NCBI GenBank assembly: GCA_045128915.1
Contig: JBGVIT010000006.1
Location: 81,302 to 105,301 of the forward strand
Length of the DNA stretch: 24,000 bases
Direction: 5' to 3'
Source of the DNA: Clostridia bacterium
GTDB lineage: Bacteria > Bacillota > Clostridia > UBA1381
Shown here one piece after another: positions 7,101-15,109 of this stretch; within the stretch, counting starts at the first letter, position 1, and each line of letters opens with the position of its first letter. The notes below the pieces were generated by a model, which searched no databases, was not told where the DNA came from, and was given only the letters and a program-made list of their open reading frames with translations. A program made the translations under genes and the position numbers.

Positions 7101-7861
7101 TGAAAGTATTTGAAAAACCCCATGCTCTGACAGATAATGTACTCCATTACTGCCCCGGATGTACTCATGGTATTATCCACCGTCTTGTTGCTGAAGCGAT
7201 TGACGAGCTTGGAATAGAAGGCAGAACTATTGGCGTTGCTCCCGTTGGCTGCAGCGTTATGGCTTATAACTACTTTAATGTTGATATGGTTCAGGCAGCT
7301 CACGGAAGAGCTCCCGCTGTTGCAACGGGTGTTAAGCGTTCTGATCCGAATAATATAGTATTTACTTATCAGGGCGATGGCGACCTTGCCGCTATTGGTA
7401 CAGCTGAAACAGTTCATTCAGCAGCGCGTGGTGAAAATATCACAGTAATATTCGTAAACAACGCTATATACGGTATGACCGGCGGCCAGATGGCTCCTAC
7501 AACACTTCCCGGTCAGGTAACACAGACATCACCCTATGGCCGTGATATTGAAAGCGTTGGCTATCCTGTAAAGGTTTGTGAAATGCTTTCACAGCTTGAC
7601 GGTGCAGCATATCTTGAAAGAGTAGCTGTAAACAACGTTAAGAACGTAAGAAATGCTAAAAAAGCAATTAAGAAAGCTTTTCAGAATCAGGTAGAAGGAA
7701 AAGGCTTCTCACTTGTAGAAGTAGTATCTACTTGTCCTACAAATTGGGGACTCACACCTGAAAAAGCACTTGAATGGCTTGAAGAAAACATGATTCCGTA
7801 TTATCCTTTGGGAGTATATAAGGATAAGTATGCCGAGAAGGAGGATGGAGCTAATGACTAA
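7100..7861 (+). CDS. 2-oxoacid:ferredoxin oxidoreductase beta subunit (TPP-binding)
   Basis: CPGCTHG Fe-S ligand region and the TPP motif GDGDLAAIG...NNAIYGMTGGQ. The start ATG overlaps the alpha stop (TAATG). Confidence 0.9.
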   Translation: MKVFEKPHALTDNVLHYCPGCTHGIIHRLVAEAIDELGIEGRTIGVAPVGCSVMAYNYFNVDMVQAAHGRAPAVATGVKRSDPNNIVFTYQGDGDLAAIGTAETVHSAARGENITVIFVNNAIYGMTGGQMAPTTLPGQVTQTSPYGRDIESVGYPVKVCEMLSQLDGAAYLERVAVNNVKNVRNAKKAIKKAFQNQVEGKGFSLVEVVSTCPTNWGLTPEKALEWLEENMIPYYPLGVYKDKYAEKEDGAND

Positions 7862-8393
7862 ACAAATATTACTCGCAGGCTTCGGTGGTCAGGGAATACT
7901 TTTCTCAGGAAAGTTCCTTGCATATGAAGGCTTGCTTGAAGGCAAAGAGCTTAGCTGGCTTCCGTCATACGGACCTGAAATGCGTGGCGGAACTGCAAAC
8001 TGCAGCGTTATATTAAGCGATGAACCCGTTGGCTCTCCTATCGTAACAAATCCTGACATTCTCATTGCGATGAACCTGCCTTCATTGGATAAGTATGAGG
8101 ATGCAACAGTTGCGGGCGGTCAGATATTTGTTGACAGCTCTCTTATTGAAAGAAAGGTTCAGCGCACAGATGCAGAAGCATACTATATCCCTGCAACAAA
8201 GCTTGCATCAGATAACGACCTTTCAGGTCTTGCAAATATGATAATGATAGGTTATATGATTAAAAAGTCAGGAATAATCCCTTATGAAAATATTGCAAAA
8301 ACAGTAGAAAAGATAGTTCCTGCAAAAAAACAGCATCTTGTTGAAGCAAACAAGAAAGCTATTGAGCTTGGTTATAACTATATCGAGGCTTAA
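7854..8393 (+). CDS. 2-oxoacid:ferredoxin oxidoreductase gamma subunit
   Basis: [17 protein letters not shown] is typical of the gamma subunit. ATG 7854 has a strong AAGGAGGA RBS (7838-7845) and overlaps the beta stop. The track's upstream ATG at 7830 lacks an RBS. Confidence 0.88.
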   Translation: MTKQILLAGFGGQGILFSGKFLAYEGLLEGKELSWLPSYGPEMRGGTANCSVILSDEPVGSPIVTNPDILIAMNLPSLDKYEDATVAGGQIFVDSSLIERKVQRTDAEAYYIPATKLASDNDLSGLANMIMIGYMIKKSGIIPYENIAKTVEKIVPAKKQHLVEANKKAIELGYNYIEA

Positions 8394-8428
8394 TACAAAA
8401 AAAGTATTGTGAAAGGAGTAAAAATATT

Positions 8429-8977
8429 ATGAATGAACAAATCAAAGATATTGGTATGCGTCTTGCGTGCTTAAGAGAGGATATGGAATTTACTATACAA
8501 CAAATGGCTGAAAAACTTGGCATTGACGAGAATACATACATAGCGTATGAGAAAGGCGAGCTTGATTTTTCATTCAGCTTCATTTACAATGCAGCAGAAA
8601 TATTAGGTGTTGACGTACTTGACCTTATAAGCGGAAGTGCGCCTACGCTCTCTATGTGCTGTATGGTACAAAAGGGCAAGGGCTACTCTGTTAAAAGAGA
8701 TGATGAGTACGACTACAAGCACCTTGCATACACTTTCCGTAACAAAAAGGCAGAGCCTTTCCTTGTTACAATCTCTCCTGATGTAAAACCCGTTATGCAT
8801 GGACATGACGGTCAGGAATTCAACTATGTCATATCCGGCAAACTGAAGTTTTGTATAGGTGACATTTCATATGAGCTTACAGAGGGTGACAGCGTGTATT
8901 TTGATGCAAGCATACCCCATGCAGAAATGGCACTTGACGGAAAAGAAGCACAGTTCATTGCTGTGGTTGTAAAATAA
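8429..8977 (+). CDS. XRE-family HTH transcriptional regulator with C-terminal cupin sensor domain
   Basis: The N-terminal HTH_3-like segment (IGMRLACLRE...TIQQMAEKLGIDENTYIAYEKG) plus cupin motifs (HGHDGQEFNYVISGKL...GDSVYFDASIPH) give a PuuR-like architecture. AAAGGAG RBS. Confidence 0.85.
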   Translation: MNEQIKDIGMRLACLREDMEFTIQQMAEKLGIDENTYIAYEKGELDFSFSFIYNAAEILGVDVLDLISGSAPTLSMCCMVQKGKGYSVKRDDEYDYKHLAYTFRNKKAEPFLVTISPDVKPVMHGHDGQEFNYVISGKLKFCIGDISYELTEGDSVYFDASIPHAEMALDGKEAQFIAVVVK

Positions 8978-9004
8978 AGCAGTATTTCGGTTTGGAGGAT
9001 AATT

Positions 9005-10693
9005 ATGGCAATCTATGAAAAATTTGTGGGAGCATCAAGAGATGATTTTATCTCTCTTGATGATGCCCAGAAGAACTATAAACTAACATATAATGATGAT
9101 TTTAACTTTGCATACGATGTAGTGGATGAATTAGGCAAAACAAAGCCTGAAAAGCTTGCAATGGTTTGGGTATCAAAAGATGGGGAAGAAATGAGATTTA
9201 CTTTCCACGATATGATGATTTACTCAAACAAGGCGGCAAACTATCTCAACTACATGGGTATCCAGAAGGGTGATAAGGTACTGCTTGCTATGAAGCGCAG
9301 TTATTACTTCTGGTTTGTTATGCTGGGACTTCACAAAATCGGTGCAGTAGCCGTTCAGGCAACTAATATGCTTAAGGCTAAGGATTATGTATATCGCTGT
9401 AATGCAGGCAAGATAAAGGCAGTAATTCTTACAGGCGACGGTTCGGAAACTGAATATTTTGATGAAGGCGGCGACCAATACGAAACAATAGAAAAGAAAT
9501 TCGTATTGGGACATAAAAAAGCAGGAGAAGGCTGGATTGATTTTGAAGAAGGCTTTGCTCTTGCAAATACTGAATGGTCAAGACCTACCGGTGATCAGGC
9601 AATTATGGCTGATGATATGATGCTTATGGCATTTTCATCAGGAACATCCGGTTATCCCAAAATTATTACACACAACTTCAAATATCCTTTGGGACATATT
9701 ATGACCGGAGTTTTCTGGCATAGGGTAGTTGATGGCGGAATCCATTTTACAGTTTCCGACACCGGTTGGCTTAAGAGTCTTTGGGGAAAATTCTACGGAC
9801 AATGGTTTGGCGAAAGTGCTGTGTTTGTGTACGACTTTGACAAGTTTGACGGAGCGGATATTCTGTCAAAACTTGAAAAGTATAAAATCACAACCTTCTG
9901 TGTGCCGCCTACTATGTACAGAATGATTCTTCAAAACGATGTTAAGAAGTATGACCTTTCATCTTTGGTTCATTGCTGCACAGCAGGTGAAGCTTTGAAT
10001 CCTGAGATTTATAATAAGTGGTACGATGCTACGGGGCTTAAGATTTACGAAGGCTTTGGACAGACAGAAACAACTCTTTGTATTGCTACAATCAAGCCTT
10101 GGACACAGCCGGTACCCGGTGCAATAGGATTCCCCGTTCCTGGATTTGATGCACACATCATCGACGATCAGGGACATAGCTGCTCACGTGGTGCTACCGG
10201 TGAAATCTGTATTCGTGTTCTTAGCAATGAAAGAAAGCCTTGCGGCTTGTTGGATACATACAATTTCAGCGAAGAAGACACCTTAAAAGCTCTTCATGAC
10301 GGATTTTATCATACGGGTGATACTGCGTACAGAGATGAAAAAGGTATGTTCCGTTATGTAGGAAGAAATGATGATGTTATTAAGTCATCAGGCTATCGTA
10401 TCGGACCTTTTGAAATCGAAAGCGTTCTCCTTGAGCATCCGGCAGTTCTTGAAGTTGCAGTAACCGGAGTCCCTGATGCCGTTCGTGGATTTGCTGTAAA
10501 GGCAACTATTGTGTTGGCTTCAGGATTTGTCGGCTCCGATGAACTTACAAAAGAGCTTCAGACCTACGTTAAGACAAATACAGCTCCATATAAGTATCCA
10601 AGAATTGTTGAATACGTATCGGAGCTACCCAAAACATTTAACGGAAAAATCAGACGTGCTGAAATCCGTGAAAACGATTCAAAGAATAACTAA
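9005..10693 (+). CDS. AMP-forming medium/short-chain acyl-CoA synthetase (ACSM/MacS-like adenylate-forming enzyme)
   Basis: FNFAYDVVDELG N-terminal motif of the ACSM family, AMP-binding signature SSGTSGYPK, YGQTE-like GFGQTET, GDTAYRDEKG..GRNDDVIKSSGYRIGPFEIE, and C-terminal catalytic GKIRR. GGAGG RBS. Confidence 0.88.
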   Translation: MAIYEKFVGASRDDFISLDDAQKNYKLTYNDDFNFAYDVVDELGKTKPEKLAMVWVSKDGEEMRFTFHDMMIYSNKAANYLNYMGIQKGDKVLLAMKRSYYFWFVMLGLHKIGAVAVQATNMLKAKDYVYRCNAGKIKAVILTGDGSETEYFDEGGDQYETIEKKFVLGHKKAGEGWIDFEEGFALANTEWSRPTGDQAIMADDMMLMAFSSGTSGYPKIITHNFKYPLGHIMTGVFWHRVVDGGIHFTVSDTGWLKSLWGKFYGQWFGESAVFVYDFDKFDGADILSKLEKYKITTFCVPPTMYRMILQNDVKKYDLSSLVHCCTAGEALNPEIYNKWYDATGLKIYEGFGQTETTLCIATIKPWTQPVPGAIGFPVPGFDAHIIDDQGHSCSRGATGEICIRVLSNERKPCGLLDTYNFSEEDTLKALHDGFYHTGDTAYRDEKGMFRYVGRNDDVIKSSGYRIGPFEIESVLLEHPAVLEVAVTGVPDAVRGFAVKATIVLASGFVGSDELTKELQTYVKTNTAPYKYPRIVEYVSELPKTFNGKIRRAEIRENDSKNN

Positions 10694-10727
10694 AAAAATA
10701 GTGTCCTGACGGACACTATTTTTTTTA
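10691..10727. terminator. Bidirectional rho-independent terminator between the convergent acyl-CoA synthetase and tagA-like genes
   Basis: Stem ATAGTGTCC (10698-10706) / GGACACTAT (10711-10719), loop TGAC. A7 upstream and T8 downstream give a U-tract on either strand. Confidence 0.85.
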
Positions 10728-11465
10728 ATGTTCTTGTTTATATTTTTTGCCGTTTAATATAACTGTTACGGCGAACTTTGGAAGTGACATCATTCTCTTA
10801 GCTCTCCAAGGTTCTTTCATAAGGCGATAGAACCATTCAAGACCATGCTTGCAATAGAAATCGGGAGCACGTTCAACCACTCCGGCAAATACGTCAAGAC
10901 TTCCGCCAATTCCAAGTGCAGCTTTTACCTTCAGCTTGTCTGCGTTCTCATCAATCCAATATTCTTGCTTCGGAGCGCCTAAGCATACAAACAATAAGTC
11001 AGCACCTGAATTGTTGATTTCTTCCACAATTTCGGGTGTTTCTTCAGGCTTGAAATATCCGTTTCGAGTGCCTGCGATTTTTATTCCGGGGTATTTTTTT
11101 TCAAGTTCTTCCTTAGCTGTGTCAGCAATTCCCGGCTTCCCGCCGAATAAGAACAGCTTGTAATCTGACTTTGCAACCTTTTCGAGAAGCTTGCATGCTA
11201 TATCATAGCCTGCTGCGCGTTCAGGAACGGGGTGTTTAAGAATTTGTGCTGCCTTAACAACACCTATACCGTCAGCTGTAAGAAGGTCGGCATTATTGAG
11301 GATTTTCGCAAAATTTTTGTCATTATAACCTGCCATTATGATTTCGGAATTGGGAGTAAATACTTTTGCGCACTTATCTCCGCTTAAAAATGAGAATATG
11401 AGATCGGCAGAATCATTTATACCTATGCGGTCAACCTTGACTCCTAAAATGTTTACTTTCTTCAT
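10725..11465 (-). CDS. tagA: WecB/TagA/CpsF-family glycosyltransferase (GT26; N-acetylmannosaminyltransferase-like)
   Basis: ILGVKVD..., TPNSEI..., LLTADGIGVV, FGGKPG, LFVCLGAPKQE are typical of the TagA/WecG family. I prefer ATG 11465 because AGGAGA at 11480-11475 abuts the track's ATG at 11474 but is 9 nt from 11465. Confidence 0.82.
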   Translation of the reverse strand: MKKVNILGVKVDRIGINDSADLIFSFLSGDKCAKVFTPNSEIIMAGYNDKNFAKILNNADLLTADGIGVVKAAQILKHPVPERAAGYDIACKLLEKVAKSDYKLFLFGGKPGIADTAKEELEKKYPGIKIAGTRNGYFKPEETPEIVEEINNSGADLLFVCLGAPKQEYWIDENADKLKVKAALGIGGSLDVFAGVVERAPDFYCKHGLEWFYRLMKEPWRAKRMMSLPKFAVTVILNGKKYKQEH

Positions 11466-11489
11466 AACATTCATTCTCCTTAGGAAAGC

Positions 11490-12854
11490 TTATCTGTCAC
11501 ACATATATGTATATGGTCTTGGCTTTGAAATGGATTTGTATGCAGGACGTATGATTTTTCTGTTTGCGTGTACTTCTTCAAGTCTGTGAGCGCACCAGCC
11601 CGGAATTCTTGCGATTGCAAACAATGGCGTATATAATTCTTCGGGGATGCCGAGTAACTTATATACAAATCCTGAATACAAGTCAACGTTTGCACACATT
11701 ACCTTGCCGTTGTTCTTAACCTTTTCAAATACAGCCGGTGTAAGCTCTTCAACCAACTTGTAAAGCTCAAATTCTTTTACAAATTCAGGGCTTTGCTTAA
11801 CAAGCTTTTCTGCTTTTCTCTTAATTATAACTGCTCTTGGATCAGAAAGTGTATAGATTGCATGTCCCATACCGTATATAAGACCTGAATGGTCATAGGC
11901 TTCTTTTCTTATGATTTTTTCAAGATATGCGCTGACCTCGTCTTTGTCTGTCCAATCAGAAACATTTGCCTTTATATCTTCTATCATGCCCATTACTTTA
12001 GCGTTTGCACCACCGTGTTTTGGACCTTTCAGGGAACCTATGGCAGCTGAAATAGCAGAGTATGTATCAGTATCCGATGATGAAACAACGTGCGTTGTAA
12101 ATGCGGAGTTATTACCGCCGCCATGCTCTGCATGTACCATAAGTAATGTATCAAGAAGCTCTGCTTCGTCTTTTGTATATTTGTTGTCTGTGCGGAGCAT
12201 ATAAAGGAAATTTTCAGCAGTTGACAGTTTCGGATTTGGTGAATGAAGGAACAGACTGAGTCCGTCGTAATAATGACGCTTTGCCTGATAACCGTATGAT
12301 GCCATGACCGGAAGCTGAGCAATTAGGTGAATTGATTGCCTGAATATATTATCAACTGACAGGTCATCGGGGTTGTTGTCATAAGAATATGATGCAAGGA
12401 CAGAACGCGCAAGCTTATTCATTATATTATTGCTTGGAGCTTTCAGAATCATATCCTCTGCAAAGCCATCAGGCAAGAATCTGGAATTTCCGATGTATGA
12501 CTTGAATTTTGCAAGCTCATCTTCAGTTGGCAGTTTGCTTGTAAGAAGCAGATAAACAACCTCTTCAAAACCAAATCTGTTTTCTTTTTCGCAAGCTTCT
12601 ACAATATGGCTTATATCATATCCGCGATAGCGAAGATGTCCATGCATAGGCTTTTTCTCACCGTCGTCAATATAGTAGCCTGAAACCTCACCTATTGAGG
12701 TAAGACCTGCCATTACACCGGTTCCGTCTTTATATCTCAAGCCTTTTTTTACGTTGTACTTGTCATAGATTTCTTTATCAAGAGGTGCATACGCTTTATT
12801 GATGCCCTCTTTAAGAGTTTGCTCAAATTTATTAAGGTCTGTTTGATTTATCAT
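11490..12854 (-). CDS. gltA: Citrate synthase (Si-type family)
   Basis: GPKHGGAN, GMGHAIYTLSDPRA and NVDLYSG correspond to the conserved citrate synthase catalytic His/Asp motifs. ATG 12854 (RBS AAAGGA) is preferred over the TTG at 12872. Confidence 0.88.
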   Translation of the reverse strand: MINQTDLNKFEQTLKEGINKAYAPLDKEIYDKYNVKKGLRYKDGTGVMAGLTSIGEVSGYYIDDGEKKPMHGHLRYRGYDISHIVEACEKENRFGFEEVVYLLLTSKLPTEDELAKFKSYIGNSRFLPDGFAEDMILKAPSNNIMNKLARSVLASYSYDNNPDDLSVDNIFRQSIHLIAQLPVMASYGYQAKRHYYDGLSLFLHSPNPKLSTAENFLYMLRTDNKYTKDEAELLDTLLMVHAEHGGGNNSAFTTHVVSSSDTDTYSAISAAIGSLKGPKHGGANAKVMGMIEDIKANVSDWTDKDEVSAYLEKIIRKEAYDHSGLIYGMGHAIYTLSDPRAVIIKRKAEKLVKQSPEFVKEFELYKLVEELTPAVFEKVKNNGKVMCANVDLYSGFVYKLLGIPEELYTPLFAIARIPGWCAHRLEEVHANRKIIRPAYKSISKPRPYTYMCDR

Positions 12855-12878
12855 TTGACCGTGTCCTTTCAAATTGCG

Positions 12879-15089
12879 TTATTCAAAGGATATCTGACCG
12901 CTGTCCTCTTTTCTTATAAAACAGCCTGCGGCGGGGATATTCTTTGTTGAGTAGTATTTCAGGTCGCTGAGTGCTGTGTTTTCTGGTGTAGTAACACGTA
13001 TAAGCTTGGAGTTTTTCTTTTTAAGAGTAAGAACCTGAACACCTTGAGTGTTCTTTGTGGATTTCACAGGTATTTTTTCTGTATTAAACACCAATGCTTT
13101 ATTGTTGTCAGAAATTGCAACCAACTGCTTGTCGGACTCCAGATAATGAATTGCGCAAAGCGGTGATTTGTCCGAGTATGCGTTGATAAGACGCTTTCTG
13201 TTTGTTTTGGTGGCATAATTTGAAAGTTCTACTTTTGCCATTTTACCGTTTTCGAAGCAGTACAGCATCATGCCTTTATAATCTGTTGTAACGACCATAT
13301 AAACAAATTTTTCGTCACCTTCTGCATTAACAAGACCGGGAACATATTCTCCCATTGTGCTAACCTTTGCGTCAGGAATGTCATTGCATTTAATCTTATA
13401 AACTGTTGATTTGTCGGTGAACAGAAGAACCTCTGCTCTGTTTGTTGTTTCAATCTCCTGAATGATTTTATCCCCGTCCTTAAGCTTATGCTCGGTCGAA
13501 CTCATGCGCAGGGAGTTGTATGGGATTTTCTTCAGGTAATTGTCCTGAGTAAAGAACAAGGTAAGCGGGTAGTCCTCAATAACTTCTGTTTCTGTGTATG
13601 AAACAACTTCTGTTTCGGAAATAAGTTCTGTTTTTCTTTCGATTGCGTATTTCTTGGAAATTTCCGCAAGCTGTTTTGAAATGAGCTTCTTGATTTTCTT
13701 ATCGCTTGAAATTAAATCTTCAAGCTCAGCGATTTCCTCAATAAGCTTTTCAATTTCGGCAGTACGATTGAGAATATATTCGCGGTTTAAATTACGAAGC
13801 TTTATATCAGCAACATATTCCGCCTGAACCTTGTCGATGGAAAAACCGTCCATAAGGTTCGGAACAACATCTTCATCACGCTCTGTGTGGCGAACAATGC
13901 TGATTGCTTTATCAATATCAAGCAGGATTTTTTTAAGACCGGTGAGCAGGTGGAGCTTTGCACTCTTTTTGGAAATGTCGTATTCGGTTGCGTTTTTAAT
14001 GCATTGAATACGGAACAGTATCCATTCTCTCAAAATGTCCTTAACACCAAGCACCATCGGCTTTGAGTTAATAAGCACGTTAAAATTACAGCTGAATGAA
14101 TCCTCAAGAGATGTGAGCTTATAAAGCTTTGACATAAGCGCATCTGCATCTGTACCTCTCTTTAAGTCAATGGCAATTTTAAAGCCCTGAAGCCCCGTTT
14201 CATCTCTTGCATCCGAAATTTCTCTAAGCTTGCCCGCTTTTATGTTTTCCATAATTTTAGCGATGATTACTTCGCTTGTTGTGGTATATGGAATTTCTGT
14301 GATTTCTATACAGTTATTTTTTGCATCAAAGGAATACTTGGCACGAAGCTTGAAGCTGCCTCGTCCGGTTTCGTATATCTTATCCATTTCCTCTTTGTCA
14401 TATATAAGCTGAGCGCCCATAGAAAAGTCGGGCGCGGGCATAAATTCGGAAATGTCGCACTTTTCATCTTTGATATATGCAATAGTTGCATCGCAAACCT
14501 CTTTAAGATTGAATGAACAAATGTTGCTTGCCATACCGACAGCAATACCCTGATTGGGGTTTACGAGAATGTGTGGAAACGTGGTAGGGAGTAAGGTTGG
14601 CTCCTGCATTGTTCCGTCATAGTTGTCAATGAACTTAACTGTGTTTTTATTAATATCCGCAAACAATTCATTACAGATAGGCTCAAGCTTTGCTTCTGTG
14701 TATCTTGAAGCAGCATATGCCATATCACGTGAATATTGCTTACCAAAGTTTCCCTGAGATTCTACAAGAGGATGCAAAAGAGCCTCATTACCCCTTGTAA
14801 GACGTACCATGGTTTCATATATTGCCGCATCACCATGTGGATTAAGCTGCATTGTTTGTCCCACAATATTTGCAGATTTTATCATCTTGCCCGTAAGAAG
14901 CCCCATTTTATACATGGTATATAAAAGCTTTCTGTGAGCAGGTTTAAGTCCGTCAATTTCAGGAATTGCGCGGGAAATAATAACGCTCATGGCATAGGGC
15001 ATATAATTTGTTTCAAGAGTTTCACAAATAGGCTGCTGGCGCACTTCTGCCGGAATAAACTCCGGTTCAGCGGTTTTCTTTTTAGCCAT
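12879..15089 (-). CDS. parC: Type IIA DNA topoisomerase subunit A, topoisomerase IV ParC-like
   Basis: DGLKPAHRKLLY, QLNPHGD and the active-site AASRYTEAKL (catalytic Tyr). 736 aa with a short C-terminal beta-pinwheel domain and no GyrA-box (QRRGGKG-like) that I can find, which favours ParC over GyrA. Confidence 0.8.
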   Translation of the reverse strand: MAKKKTAEPEFIPAEVRQQPICETLETNYMPYAMSVIISRAIPEIDGLKPAHRKLLYTMYKMGLLTGKMIKSANIVGQTMQLNPHGDAAIYETMVRLTRGNEALLHPLVESQGNFGKQYSRDMAYAASRYTEAKLEPICNELFADINKNTVKFIDNYDGTMQEPTLLPTTFPHILVNPNQGIAVGMASNICSFNLKEVCDATIAYIKDEKCDISEFMPAPDFSMGAQLIYDKEEMDKIYETGRGSFKLRAKYSFDAKNNCIEITEIPYTTTSEVIIAKIMENIKAGKLREISDARDETGLQGFKIAIDLKRGTDADALMSKLYKLTSLEDSFSCNFNVLINSKPMVLGVKDILREWILFRIQCIKNATEYDISKKSAKLHLLTGLKKILLDIDKAISIVRHTERDEDVVPNLMDGFSIDKVQAEYVADIKLRNLNREYILNRTAEIEKLIEEIAELEDLISSDKKIKKLISKQLAEISKKYAIERKTELISETEVVSYTETEVIEDYPLTLFFTQDNYLKKIPYNSLRMSSTEHKLKDGDKIIQEIETTNRAEVLLFTDKSTVYKIKCNDIPDAKVSTMGEYVPGLVNAEGDEKFVYMVVTTDYKGMMLYCFENGKMAKVELSNYATKTNRKRLINAYSDKSPLCAIHYLESDKQLVAISDNNKALVFNTEKIPVKSTKNTQGVQVLTLKKKNSKLIRVTTPENTALSDLKYYSTKNIPAAGCFIRKEDSGQISFE

Positions 15090-15109
15090 TTATACTTTCA
15101 TCCTTTCAA

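Noticed and set aside
6464-7417. Long antisense ORF (317 aa) opposite the OFOR alpha/beta genes.
   Set aside because: It lies entirely within strongly supported coding sequence on the other strand. Its product is Ser/Ile-rich and low-complexity, with no recognisable motif and no RBS. It is a typical shadow ORF.
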